Part shown: positions 47,114 to 57,320 of the stretch, in pieces
Layout of the letters: each line of letters opens with the position of its first letter
Numbering within the stretch: position 1 is the stretch's first letter
Translations under genes and position numbers: made by a program
From: Trueperaceae bacterium
GTDB lineage: Bacteria; Deinococcota; Deinococci; Deinococcales; Trueperaceae
NCBI GenBank assembly: GCA_965215565.1
Contig: CBDCDZ010000004.1
Span: forward strand, 2,496,001 to 2,560,000
Reading direction: 5' to 3'
DNA length: 64,000 nucleotides
The notes under the pieces: generated by a model
Databases searched by the model: none
What the model was told of the DNA's origin: nothing
What the model saw: the letters and a program-made list of their open reading frames with translations, nothing else

Positions 47114-48445
47114 GTGAAACCGATACCTAAAGACAACATGAAGACCGCCGCGAACACCTCTATGAGCCGAGACCCTGCGCGCTATCCCGCGTGGCTGCGC
47201 CTTCTCGCGCTCACCGCGCTGCTGAGCAGCGGCGTGGGCGCGGCGCAGGGCAGCTTAGAGGCGTTTCTGGCGTCTTTGGACTCTTATCCGGGTTTGCAGG
47301 CAGCGCGCACCTCGTTAGCGCTAGCGGAGGCGCGCTTGCGCAGCGCGTATGACCCTTTCAGCTTGCAGCTTAACAGCGCGTTCGACCCGCAGCCCGCCGA
47401 GGACGATCCGACGTTCACCGCCTCTGCGGGCGCGGTCTTTCGTCCCTTTCTATACGGCGAACGCGCCGACTTCGTACGGCAGAGCGAGTTGGCGTTAGCC
47501 CAAGCGCGGCTCGACTACGCTGAGACGCTCGCCAACTTGGAAGTCGAGGCGCTAGAGGCGGCTTGGAGCTTGCAACTCGCCGAGGAGTCGCTGGAGCTTG
47601 CCCGCGAAGGTGCCACCGTCGCGGAGCGCGCGTTGGCTTCGGCGCAGGCGCGCTTGGAGCGGGGCGTCGCCAACCCGCCCGAGGTGCGCAGCGCCGACCT
47701 CGGGTTGGGCGAAGCGCAGAACCTCCAGGCAGACGCGCAAGACGTGCTCGCGCTCGCGGCGCAGCGCTTGGAGACCTTTGTCGGCGACGTGCAACTCACT
47801 ACGCTACCCGAATACCCAGTGCCCGAGGCGGGCGTGCCCCTCACGGTGCAGCGCGCGCAGCTCGAGGTTGCGCTCGAGCAGATAGACGTCGGCGCAACGC
47901 AGCGCAGCCTCCTACCGGTGGTGCAAGCGAGCTACGACGTGGGCATCGACGCGCGTAACGCGCTCACCGCCTCCATCAGCTCCGACACGTTCGCGCCCCG
48001 CGTCGGCTACAGCTATACGAGCAACGGCGCGGACACGGGCTTCCGCCTGGAGGTCTCCTACAACATTGAGCTGAGCGACTTCGAGACGGTGGACATCGCC
48101 ACGGGCGAAGTGAGCCGCGCCGAAGCCGCCCTGCAAAACGCGGCGCAGCGGGCGCAGCTCGAGCGTTCGGGTTTGGACAACGCTCTCTCTAGCGCGCAGC
48201 GCAACCTAGACCTCGCGCGGCGCACCTTTGAAAACGCGCAGCAGACTCTAGAGGAGACCCAAGCGCGCGAAGAACTCGGGCTCAGCTTGCCCTTAGAGAC
48301 CCAGCAAGCTGCCGTCGACGTGACCCAAGCCGGGCAGAACTTTCAGGCGGCTCGCCTGGCGGTGCAAGCCGCGCGCTTCGACCTCTACGAGTTCTACGCG
48401 CTGCCCCCCTCGAGCGTCACCGCCCAGACAGGGAGCCAACCGTGA
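47114..48445 (+). CDS. TolC family outer-membrane efflux protein
   Basis: Signal peptide, two helical OEP repeats with beta segments; start chosen at GTG after AGGAGAGG (uncertain). Confidence 0.8.
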   Translation: MKPIPKDNMKTAANTSMSRDPARYPAWLRLLALTALLSSGVGAAQGSLEAFLASLDSYPGLQAARTSLALAEARLRSAYDPFSLQLNSAFDPQPAEDDPTFTASAGAVFRPFLYGERADFVRQSELALAQARLDYAETLANLEVEALEAAWSLQLAEESLELAREGATVAERALASAQARLERGVANPPEVRSADLGLGEAQNLQADAQDVLALAAQRLETFVGDVQLTTLPEYPVPEAGVPLTVQRAQLEVALEQIDVGATQRSLLPVVQASYDVGIDARNALTASISSDTFAPRVGYSYTSNGADTGFRLEVSYNIELSDFETVDIATGEVSRAEAALQNAAQRAQLERSGLDNALSSAQRNLDLARRTFENAQQTLEETQAREELGLSLPLETQQAAVDVTQAGQNFQAARLAVQAARFDLYEFYALPPSSVTAQTGSQP

Positions 48446-49569
48446 AGCGGCTCATCTTGACCTTTACAGCCGCTTTCGCGCTCATAGCGGGCGCGTTCGC
48501 GCTGACCTTGGAGGAAGCCTTAGAGAGCGCTCTTAACCGCCCCGCTATCCTGACCGCTCAGCTCGAACTCGATGAGGCGAGGGTGAACTTGGAGCGCCGC
48601 GAGGCGGACCCGCTCGCGCTGCGCCCCGAGGTGGAGGCGGCGCGGCAGCGCTCCAGACTTGCGCAAGCGTCTTATGAGCGGGCGTATTTTCAGAGCATCG
48701 CGGAGGTGGGCAGCGCCTACGCGAACGCGCTCAGCGCGCGGCAGGAGGCGGAGCTAGCGAGCCGGCGCGTCTCCCTAAACGAACAGCTCGTTCGCGCCGC
48801 TGAAATCCGCGCGGCGAACGGCACCGCGACGGCGCTCGACTTGCAGGAGGCGCAAACGGCGTTAGAGGGGGCGCAGCAGGCGCAGAGCGCCGCGCAAGAG
48901 GCGCTCAACTTGGCGCAGCGCCGCCTCAACGGGCTTTTGAAGGGAACGGTGCGCTTAGAGTCTTTAGAGCCCATCCCCGACGCGGCGCTCGTAAACGTGC
49001 CGCCCTTGGAGCGTGTTTTAGACGCCGCCGAAGGGCATCCTATCGTGCTGGAGGCGCAGCAGACCTTAGAGCTAGCCGAACTCAGCCGCGACCTCTTAGA
49101 CCCCGTCTTCACGCCGCGCTCCGAGATCGAGAGCGCCCGTGTTCAACTCGAAGCCGCGCAGGAGACCGCTCGAGAAGTCGCCCGCGATTACGCTTTAGAG
49201 ATGCGCGACCTCTACTCGCAAGCGCAGACGACGCGCACGGCGTATAATGTCGCCAGAGACAGGCTCGCGAACGCCCAGGAGCGGCTCGCCGCGCAGCAAA
49301 ACCGCCTAGAAGCGGGGCTCATCTCCGAACTCGAGCTGAGACAGACCGAAATCGCCTTTAACGAAGCCGAGTTCGAGGCGTTGTCCGCGAGAAGCGCCTA
49401 CCTGAGCGCCCTGCTCGCCCTGCAATCGGGCTCACTCACCGAGCTGACGAGCGACTTCCTCAGCGATATCGAGGGAGGTACCGGAGGGCAAAGTGGAGGC
49501 GTCAGCAACACCACGGGCGGAGGCGGCACTGCTGATGCGGGTGAAGATACAGGTGGAGGTACAGAGTAA
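48442..49569 (+). CDS. TolC family protein (second, largely helical)
   Basis: Signal peptide then LTLEEALESAL; R..AG.IS.LEL OEP motif; Gly-rich tail; GTGA overlap with the previous gene. Confidence 0.8.
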   Translation: MKRLILTFTAAFALIAGAFALTLEEALESALNRPAILTAQLELDEARVNLERREADPLALRPEVEAARQRSRLAQASYERAYFQSIAEVGSAYANALSARQEAELASRRVSLNEQLVRAAEIRAANGTATALDLQEAQTALEGAQQAQSAAQEALNLAQRRLNGLLKGTVRLESLEPIPDAALVNVPPLERVLDAAEGHPIVLEAQQTLELAELSRDLLDPVFTPRSEIESARVQLEAAQETAREVARDYALEMRDLYSQAQTTRTAYNVARDRLANAQERLAAQQNRLEAGLISELELRQTEIAFNEAEFEALSARSAYLSALLALQSGSLTELTSDFLSDIEGGTGGQSGGVSNTTGGGGTADAGEDTGGGTE

Positions 49570-51209
49570 TGGGATACGAGATGCGGTTTCGCTTGCTGCT
49601 CCTCTTGGGGATGCTCATCGGCGCGGCGCTCCTCGCCGGCTTGTGGTTACAGAACCAGGGCGGCGTCGCGCTACCCGACGTGCTCACTTTGGGGGACAGA
49701 GCGGAACAGGGTAGCGCGGAGCAGAACCTAGCACAGAATTCAGCACAGAACAGCTTACAAGCGGGAGCAGAGGATAGCACACCTCAACCTAACTCTGCTG
49801 ACGCGCCAAGCGGCGCTGAACGCACGACTGAAGCCGTGCCCGGCACCCCAACCGTCACCGCGACCAGTACCCCAAACAACACCGTGAACGTCGCAGCAAA
49901 CCGTCAGACGGGACGCGGCGCGCTGCTCGGCGCTGCTGACGCGGTGGGCGTCGCGCAGGCACAAGCGTCACAGGAGCAGTCAGGACAGGATCAGGCGGGG
50001 CAAAACCAGGCTGCGCAGAGTCAGGCAGGGCAGGGCGGCGCAGGACAAGCTGAAGACCCGGCTGCTCCCCTCCAGCCCCAGGCGCGCCCCGTCAACGTCG
50101 TCGTCGCCGAGCCTGGCACGCTCAACGCGACGCGCATCACCTCGGTCATCGTCGAGCCCGCGCAGGAGAGCCGCATCGCGGCGGGCACGGACGGGCGCGT
50201 GGTGAACGTCTTGAAGCGTAAAGACGCGCGTGTTGCGAGAGATGAGCCCGTCGTCATCCTAGATACGGACACGCTGGAGTTAGAGGAGCAAAACACCGTC
50301 CTCGAGGTAGAGAGCGCCCGCGTCGCCCTGCAGCAAGCGCAGCAGGCGAACCGCGAGGACCAAGCCAGGGCGAACTCCGGGCTGCGCAGCGCCGAAGTGA
50401 CCCTAAACTCTGCGCGCCAGCGCTACACCGAGGCGCAGCAGCTCTACGCCGAAGGCTTTATCTCCTTAGCCGAACTCACCGCTTTAGAGGCGGAATTCAT
50501 CCAGGCTGAAACGGTCTATAACGACGCGCAGAACGCCGTTGCCAGAAGCGTGCGCGCCAACAGCGAGGGCTTAGAGATTTTGCGGCTCACGCTGCAGCAG
50601 GCGGAAACTCGGCTCACGCGCATCCGCCAAGCGCTCCAAGCCGCCACCATCCGCGCGCCTTTCGCGGGCGAGATCGTCGAAATGCTCGTCGAAGAGGGCG
50701 AGAGCGTCCAGGGGGGCGTGCCGGTCTTTCTCCTCGCCAATACCGACGAGCAAGTCGCCCGCTTCAACGTACCTTTGGACGTCGCCAGCCGCATCGTCGA
50801 GCAGGGCATCTTGTATATCAAGTACGGTGGGCTCGACTACGGCGCGAAGGTGCTGAGCCAGAGCCGCGTCGATCCCGAAACGCAGCTCGTCGAGATCACC
50901 GCCCGGCTCTACGGCTCGCAGACCCAAATTCCGAGCGGCGTCGTGACCCAGCTCCCCTACGCTTACAAGGCGGCTGAGGGCATCATCTTGCCCGCTGGCG
51001 CGGTGCAGAGTGAAGTCGGCGAGACCTTCGTCTACGTCGCTGAAGGGGACGCCGAAGGGAGCGTCGCCGCCCGCCAGAACGTCGAGGTGCTCGCCGAAGT
51101 CGAAGAGCGAGTGGCGGTGAACGGTCTGAGTGAAGGTGTGCGGGTCATTCATCCTGTTCCCAACGGCGTGCGTGAAGGGTCGCAGCTCGTTGTGTCGGAG
51201 AGTCCTTGA
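49569..51209 (+). CDS. Efflux RND transporter periplasmic adaptor (HlyD/MFP)
   Basis: N-terminal TM, Gln-rich low-complexity linker, lipoyl-like halves, coiled coil, IRAPFAGEI motif. Confidence 0.88.
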   Translation: MGYEMRFRLLLLLGMLIGAALLAGLWLQNQGGVALPDVLTLGDRAEQGSAEQNLAQNSAQNSLQAGAEDSTPQPNSADAPSGAERTTEAVPGTPTVTATSTPNNTVNVAANRQTGRGALLGAADAVGVAQAQASQEQSGQDQAGQNQAAQSQAGQGGAGQAEDPAAPLQPQARPVNVVVAEPGTLNATRITSVIVEPAQESRIAAGTDGRVVNVLKRKDARVARDEPVVILDTDTLELEEQNTVLEVESARVALQQAQQANREDQARANSGLRSAEVTLNSARQRYTEAQQLYAEGFISLAELTALEAEFIQAETVYNDAQNAVARSVRANSEGLEILRLTLQQAETRLTRIRQALQAATIRAPFAGEIVEMLVEEGESVQGGVPVFLLANTDEQVARFNVPLDVASRIVEQGILYIKYGGLDYGAKVLSQSRVDPETQLVEITARLYGSQTQIPSGVVTQLPYAYKAAEGIILPAGAVQSEVGETFVYVAEGDAEGSVAARQNVEVLAEVEERVAVNGLSEGVRVIHPVPNGVREGSQLVVSESP

Positions 51210-51887
51210 GTCCCCAATGAGGCTATCCCGAGACTTACATGAAGAAAGGGTTAAGACCCGCGTCATCTTCTCGCCCGGATGCTGTTGCTCGCACACCTCC
51301 GCGCAGATTTTTCGGCTCGTAAACGCGCAGAAGGGGGCTCGAGCCGCTTCAAGTCATACGTCTCACAGTCCTGTTCACCTGCGCTGAACCGTAGACCGCG
51401 CTGCTACATTTACTAAGCTGAAACGCCGACACAGCCTCTATCAAAACAAAGCGGGCTATAGAGAAGAACGCGCGTCTGTGAAGGAGATGACGCCGCCTAA
51501 TGGAAAGGGTACTCTATGCAAAATGTACGAACGGAAGTTGCCCGGTGGTGAGTTTTTCAAGGACACCTTGCGCATTTTTCACATTTACATCTGGAGAGTT
51601 GCGCGAAGCGAGCAACTTGTTATAGACTCCAAACGTGAGAACGAACGTTAATTTTCTCACTTCACCACAAGCGAAACAGTACAGGGGGTAACAGTGCGGG
51701 GACCATGCGGAGGGGACCACTCATGCAGGTGCATCATGTCCAGTCGCGCCCAACACATGACCTACCCAGTATGTTGACGACTATCCAACCAACCTCTGAT
51801 TCAGCCACCACCCAGCATCAGCGCAGCGCCAAACAGACAGCACGTTGCGAACCGTTATCCTAAAAGCAGTTATGAGGGGCAAGCACT

Positions 51888-53357
51888 ATGTTACAACCGT
51901 TCAAAAATTTCACTTGGCGTCCGAGCCGAGCAAAGAAGCGCTCGAGCCTACTCACCTTGCGTATTTCCTTTGTGATCACGGCGCTCGTTCTAACCGACTT
52001 AACAAGCGCCCTCTTCGCGATTCTCGCCGCTGATTATATTCACGTGCTTTTTGGTGCAGAGGTCAGCGTGCTCATCTCGGCGGGCAGAGCGACGCTCTTC
52101 TTTTTGCTCCTATGGCCCCTCATGTACCTGCACGAAGGGCTCTATCCGGGTTACGGTATTACGGCGATTCAACACCTTAGAAAACAAGTCGTCGGCACCT
52201 TTTACGTCGGCTTTATCATCTTAGGAATCAGCTTGTTCGTCAGCGAGTTCATCCTCTTGCCCGTGCTGTTCACGGTTTTAGCCACCACCATAGGGATGGT
52301 GGTGAGCCCGCTCTTCAAATACCTCACCAAGCGTTTTCTATCTTACTTGGGCGTTTGGGGCTCACCTGTCGTCATCATCGGGGCGAACCCGACGGGCAAA
52401 CTCGTCGCCGAGGTCATGAAGTCGCGCCCTTTAGTCGGGCTCAACCCCGTTGCTTTTTTTGACCATAACCCCGAATGCGTTGGGCGATTCGTCGCGGGCG
52501 TGCCCGTCAGAGGCACCTTAGAGGACGCGCAGCATTTCATCGAGAGCCGCGGGCTCAAGCACGTCTTCGTGACGCACACGGGGCTCCCTGACCACGGGCT
52601 CAAGCTCACCGTGGGGCGGCAGGGGGGCGCGCCTAAAAAGCTCAAGTTCATCTCTGACCTCTCGAGCTTGGAGACCACCCAGCGCTACGCTAGCGGTCTT
52701 CACAACATGATGACGCTGGACGTGCGCAACAACCTGGGCTCCGGTCTCAACCGGAGCGTTAAGCGCACCGTGGACGTCGTCGGCTCAGCCCTCGCCCTCC
52801 TGCTTCTCTTTCCTGTTCTCGCGGCGCTCTACCTGTGGATTCGTCTGGACAGCCCCGGCCCCGCGCTCTACCGCAGCCAACGCATCGGTCAGCGCGGCGA
52901 ACCCTTCTCGTGCTTTAAGTTTCGGAGTATGCGCGTGGACGCCGAAGCGCAACTCCAGCGGCTGTTCGAGGAAGACCCCAGATACCGCACTGAATACGCG
53001 CTGTTCCATAAACTCAGCGATGACCCGCGCATCACGAGGGCGGGCAGCGTGCTGCGTAAGTACAGCTTAGATGAGCTGCCCCAACTCCTCAACGTCCTCG
53101 TCGGCGAGATGAGCTTAGTGGGACCGCGCCCCTACCTGATGAACGAACTCGCCGAGATTCCCGAGGCGAACAAGATCGTCTTTGAGGCGAAGCCGGGCAT
53201 GACGGGTCACTGGCAGGTCTCGGAGCGCAACAACGTACGCTTCGAAGAGCGACTTTGGATGGAGGAGCACTACGTCCGCAACTGGTCCGTCTGGTGGGAC
53301 TTCATCTTGCTCTGCGAAACGGTCAAGGTGGTCATCAAGCCCAACGGGGCACGCTGA
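51888..53357 (+). CDS. WbaP/WcaJ-type polyprenyl-phosphate glycosylphosphotransferase
   Basis: N-terminal TMs, CoA-binding-like domain, KRTVDV, KFRSM, DPRIT, DELPQLLNVLVGEMSLVGPRP motifs. Confidence 0.93.
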   Translation: MLQPFKNFTWRPSRAKKRSSLLTLRISFVITALVLTDLTSALFAILAADYIHVLFGAEVSVLISAGRATLFFLLLWPLMYLHEGLYPGYGITAIQHLRKQVVGTFYVGFIILGISLFVSEFILLPVLFTVLATTIGMVVSPLFKYLTKRFLSYLGVWGSPVVIIGANPTGKLVAEVMKSRPLVGLNPVAFFDHNPECVGRFVAGVPVRGTLEDAQHFIESRGLKHVFVTHTGLPDHGLKLTVGRQGGAPKKLKFISDLSSLETTQRYASGLHNMMTLDVRNNLGSGLNRSVKRTVDVVGSALALLLLFPVLAALYLWIRLDSPGPALYRSQRIGQRGEPFSCFKFRSMRVDAEAQLQRLFEEDPRYRTEYALFHKLSDDPRITRAGSVLRKYSLDELPQLLNVLVGEMSLVGPRPYLMNELAEIPEANKIVFEAKPGMTGHWQVSERNNVRFEERLWMEEHYVRNWSVWWDFILLCETVKVVIKPNGAR

Positions 53358-53502
53358 AGGCTACGTGTACAGATGAGGTGCGGACGCTCAGGTAACACTG
53401 TTAAGAAGAATATGAAAAGGCGGAAGGCAGCAGGCAACATAAAACCTTTAAGTCTTGAACGTGACGCCGCCTCTGCTGAACTTAACCTTAGCCAGTAAAT
53501 TT

Positions 53503-54720
53503 ATGGCGACATCAAACGAGGTAGTTAAAGAGGTGGCTGACACCTCCTCCACCGAACCCACCACTAAACCCATCGTCATCGCCACCTTGCACCGCCCAAC
53601 TGGGACGATAGGCGGCATTCAAAAACACTTCAACGTGCTGTTAGAGGTTGCCAAAGAGGTGGGACTGCGGGCCGATGTCATATCACCCTTCGCCGCCCCC
53701 GCCGCGCTCACCTATCCCTTACTCGGTGTAGGCAAAGGACTGGAGAAGTTGGGCGGTCCCGTCCACGCCTGGTACTACGAACGCGCCCGTTTGCTGCTGA
53801 TGCGCCGCGCCCTAAAGAGGCGGCTGGGTCCTCATACGTCCACCCTCGTGTACGCCCAAGACCCCGTCAGCGTGGAGGCGGCGCTGTCGCTTAAAGACGA
53901 GGGTTATGACCTCGAAATCGTCCTTGCGATTCACGTCAACCTCTCTATGGCGGAGGAGTGGGTGGGCAAAGGGTTCATTACCCGTAAGAGCCGCGTGTAC
54001 GAGCAGATGACGGCTCGAGACCGGCGCGCCCTGCCCCGTATGGACCGTTTGGTCTTCGTTTCACGCTTCATGGAGCAGCAGGTTCTCCGAGCCGTTCCCG
54101 CTATAAAAGACGTGCCGCGTCACGTCGTGCCGAACTTCGTGCAGACGGCGACGCGAAGTACGTCACCGCCTAAAACTGACCTCATCACCATCGGCACCCT
54201 GGAACCCCGCAAAAATCAAGCCTTCTTGCTCCGCACAGTAGCCGCCGCACACCGTGCGGGCTACCCTTACACACTGAGCATCGTCGGTGACGGCTCCGAG
54301 CGAAAGAGGTTGGAGGAACTCACCGACAAACTCGGTTTGCAAGACTTCGTCACCTTTACTGGTGCGACGCCTAAAGCCTGGACCCTCATCCCCGAGCACC
54401 GCGCCTACGTCCACGCCGCGCACATGGAGAGCTTCGGCATCGTTCTCTTGGAGGCGATGGCGGTGGGCAAACCCGTCTTCGCTGCGCCTGTTGGCGGTGT
54501 CCCTGAGGTCTTTCACGACGGCGCAGAGGGACACTACTGGAACTTAGATGACCCGCAGGGCGCAGCAGAGCGACTTGTAGAGGTGTTGGAACGTCCCGAG
54601 CGGTACGAGGCGATGTCGCGCGCCGCGCAGAAACGCCAAGCGGACCTCTTTTCGGTGGAGGCGGTGCGCGAGAGGTTGTTGGGGGCTATTTTGGGGCGGG
54701 CTCGAGGTACCGAGAGGTAA
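53503..54720 (+). CDS. Glycosyltransferase family 4
   Basis: GGIQKH, LEPRKN, ESFGIVLLEAMAVG motifs; start uncertain. Confidence 0.9.
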   Translation: MATSNEVVKEVADTSSTEPTTKPIVIATLHRPTGTIGGIQKHFNVLLEVAKEVGLRADVISPFAAPAALTYPLLGVGKGLEKLGGPVHAWYYERARLLLMRRALKRRLGPHTSTLVYAQDPVSVEAALSLKDEGYDLEIVLAIHVNLSMAEEWVGKGFITRKSRVYEQMTARDRRALPRMDRLVFVSRFMEQQVLRAVPAIKDVPRHVVPNFVQTATRSTSPPKTDLITIGTLEPRKNQAFLLRTVAAAHRAGYPYTLSIVGDGSERKRLEELTDKLGLQDFVTFTGATPKAWTLIPEHRAYVHAAHMESFGIVLLEAMAVGKPVFAAPVGGVPEVFHDGAEGHYWNLDDPQGAAERLVEVLERPERYEAMSRAAQKRQADLFSVEAVRERLLGAILGRARGTER

Positions 54721-54724
54721 CTCT

Positions 54725-54946
54725 CTACGATTCAAACGCGCTTCTAGGCACACCAGACTGCCGAATGATGGATTGAAGTGTACCTCTTCGAAGCTCAGCG
54801 TGATTAGGGACGGGTACAGTTGTCGTTGTCTCAAGCAACCGCTTTTGCATCACGATGTGGCTGCCGCGCTGCCGCACTTGAGTAAAGCCATACTGCTCGA
54901 GAATCGCACAGACCTCTTTCCCGGAGAGAACGCGCAGTTTACCCAA
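54725..54946 (-). CDS. hicA: HicA family toxin (mRNA interferase)
   Basis: L...GF...RQRGSH...VPVP.H.EL..GTL.SI signature. Confidence 0.93.
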   Translation of the reverse strand: MGKLRVLSGKEVCAILEQYGFTQVRQRGSHIVMQKRLLETTTTVPVPNHAELRRGTLQSIIRQSGVPRSAFES

Positions 54947-55160
54947 CCGCGACCTCTAAGCGGGTGATGTACACCTCTTCGTGGAGACGCTGCTCAATCT
55001 CAGTGGGTGAGGCGGTTTCAAAGAAAAGCTCGAGCGCTTCTCGTAAGTTTTCCCGCGCCTCTTCAACCGTATCGCCTTGACTAGCGATGTCGAGTTCTGG
55101 GCAAAGCGAGACGTAACCCTCTTGCTCGCGTTCGATGATGGCTGTTAGCTGTTTGCGCAC
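54939..55160 (-). CDS. hicB: HicB family antitoxin (short form)
   Basis: YVSLCPELDIASQGDTVEEARENLREAL signature; overlaps hicA. Confidence 0.92.
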   Translation of the reverse strand: MRKQLTAIIEREQEGYVSLCPELDIASQGDTVEEARENLREALELFFETASPTEIEQRLHEEVYITRLEVAVG

Positions 55161-55199
55161 AGTGGTTACTCCAATTTCAAGGTTTGCGTGCAGCGAACT

Positions 55200-55400
55200 T
55201 CATATTTTCCCAAAAGACTCAATAGTTCTTTGAATTCGGGGCTCGCCAGCATAGCCTTCCTTCAGGAGCAGATAGTCTTTGACCAGTTGATACGCTGCCT
55301 CGAACAAAACTTCGGGAGGTTGGCTCTGCCAAAACGCGATGTCGAAATCATCATCCTCACCTAGTTTGCTGTAGTTTTCTTGAATGCGCATGTCATTCAT
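55200..55400 (-). CDS. Small hypothetical protein (DIAFWQS..PE type)
   Basis: 66-aa ORF preceded by TAGAAT; resembles small proteins usually encoded before nucleotidyltransferases. Confidence 0.6.
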   Translation of the reverse strand: MNDMRIQENYSKLGEDDDFDIAFWQSQPPEVLFEAAYQLVKDYLLLKEGYAGEPRIQRTIESFGKI

Positions 55401-55475
55401 TCTACCGCATGAGCGAACTCTATTTTGTCAGCAAGGTAAAGATGAAGGTATATGTCCTCCAATCCAATGTCTCGG

Positions 55476-55946
55476 TCACAATTCTTTCGTCATTTGCACC
55501 TGCCAGGGGGTAAACCCCTCTTTAAGATTAAGCTCGATCATCGCTTTGTTCACGTAGAAGACACCTGTAGTAATACGCTTAGCGCCGTGCTCCCTCAGCC
55601 AAGCTTCCCCCAACCGCTTGAGTTCTCGAGCAATCCCTTTTCGTCTATGCCTTTGGTCTACCCACAGAGATTCGATGCGAGCTACCGTCTCGCCTCCTTC
55701 GTCCTCAACGCTGACCCAGTGAAAGCCTACGAGCTTGTCCTCCTTGTCTCGAGCCACCACCACATGCGTTTTAGCACTACCTGACGAATTCGACAAAACA
55801 GTGTAAATCTGTTCGACCGACGCTTCCTTGACCTCATAACCTTCGATCCAGCCGTGCTCGAGCGGTGCGCTCTGGTGCAAGCGGGCAATGGTTTCGATCT
55901 CTTCTAAATCGGTGAAATCCAAGCCGGAAAAGGTAGTATCGTCCAT
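55476..55946 (-). CDS. GNAT family N-acetyltransferase
   Basis: LWVDQRHRRKGIA acetyl-CoA motif; N..MI.LN.K.GF. Confidence 0.9.
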   Translation of the reverse strand: MDDTTFSGLDFTDLEEIETIARLHQSAPLEHGWIEGYEVKEASVEQIYTVLSNSSGSAKTHVVVARDKEDKLVGFHWVSVEDEGGETVARIESLWVDQRHRRKGIARELKRLGEAWLREHGAKRITTGVFYVNKAMIELNLKEGFTPWQVQMTKEL

Positions 55947-56168
55947 TATGAGGTCCTTTCAGTATTTTCTTTGAAGCTTTTGAGAATCTACCTAAGCTCA
56001 AGCGGTACTTTGAGGTGTAGCACTTCTTAGCATCGCTACTTAATCTCGGCAGGCGAGGCTGTTTCGGAGCATAGCTCGAGCCACTCCGACGTACACAATT
56101 CCACATCCTCCGCGCCACCACGCACGAGGACTACCCGCCCACCCCCGCACCTCCTTTATACTACGCAA

Positions 56169-57314
56169 ATGGCAGATTACTACGAGCTACTCGGCGTCTC
56201 ACAGAGCGCGGACGCGAAGGAAATCAAAGCCGCGTACCGAAAGCTCGCGCTGAAATATCATCCCGACAAGAACCCTGGCGACAAAGAGGCGGAGGAGACC
56301 TTTAAGAGCCTCAACGAGGCGTACGCGGTTCTCTCCGACCCGGAGAAGCGCACGCGCTACGACCGCTACGGCTCCGCTGACCCGCAAGCGGCGTTTTCCG
56401 GCGATATCTTCGACATCTTCTCGTCGGTCTTCGGCGGGGGCGTCGCGGGCGGCGGCTTCGGCGGGGCAGGGTTTGGTAGGGCGCGGCAGCGTGGACAGCC
56501 GGGCGAGGATTTGGAGGCGTCGCTGAGCATTACCTTGGAGCAGGCGAGGGCGGGCGAGAGCGTTCCCCTAGAGGTGGAGCGTTTAGGCGTGTGTGACCGC
56601 TGTGACGGAGAGAGAGCCGAGCCCGGCAGCGAAGGGCGCGAGACCTGCCCGACCTGTCGCGGTGCGGGGCAGGTGCGCGCGCAGACGCAGTCGTTCTTCG
56701 GCACGGTTGTGACCAACCAGGTCTGCCCGCAGTGTCGCGGTTTGGGCGAAGTCGTCATCACGCCGTGCGGCAAGTGTGTGGGCAGCGGACGGCAGCGTGT
56801 AAGAGAGACAGTAGAGGTCAACCTGCCCAAAGGCATCGACGCGGGCTACCGCTTGCGTTTGTCGAACGAGGGCAACGCTGGCATCGACGGCGCGAGAAAC
56901 GGCGACTTGTACGTCTACATCGACATGGAGTCTCACCCCCACTTCACCAGGGACGGCGACCACTTGCGCTACGCCCTGCCGCTCGGCTTGGCGCAAGCGA
57001 CGTTGGGGTGCGCCTTCGAGATTCCGACGATGGAGGGACCCGAAGCGCTGAGCATTCCACCTGGCACGCAGCCCGGCACGGAGTTCCGTCTGCGCGGCAA
57101 AGGGATGCCCCGCTTGCAAAAGATCGGCACGGGCGACCTCATCGTCACGGCGGACGTGCAAGTCCCCAAACGGCTCAGCGCAAAAGCGAGGGAGCTACTC
57201 GAGGCGTACGCCGACGAGGTGGACGAAGGCATCGAGGAGCACGAGAACCTTTTGGGGCGATTGCGCGGACTCTTCAAGCATAAAGACCATAAAAAAGACA
57301 AAGTCGAGAAGTAA
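56169..57314 (+). CDS. dnaJ: Molecular chaperone DnaJ
   Basis: J domain with HPD, G/F region, four CxxCxG zinc-finger repeats, C-terminal domain. Confidence 0.97.
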   Translation: MADYYELLGVSQSADAKEIKAAYRKLALKYHPDKNPGDKEAEETFKSLNEAYAVLSDPEKRTRYDRYGSADPQAAFSGDIFDIFSSVFGGGVAGGGFGGAGFGRARQRGQPGEDLEASLSITLEQARAGESVPLEVERLGVCDRCDGERAEPGSEGRETCPTCRGAGQVRAQTQSFFGTVVTNQVCPQCRGLGEVVITPCGKCVGSGRQRVRETVEVNLPKGIDAGYRLRLSNEGNAGIDGARNGDLYVYIDMESHPHFTRDGDHLRYALPLGLAQATLGCAFEIPTMEGPEALSIPPGTQPGTEFRLRGKGMPRLQKIGTGDLIVTADVQVPKRLSAKARELLEAYADEVDEGIEEHENLLGRLRGLFKHKDHKKDKVEK

Positions 57315-57320
57315 GCGCGG

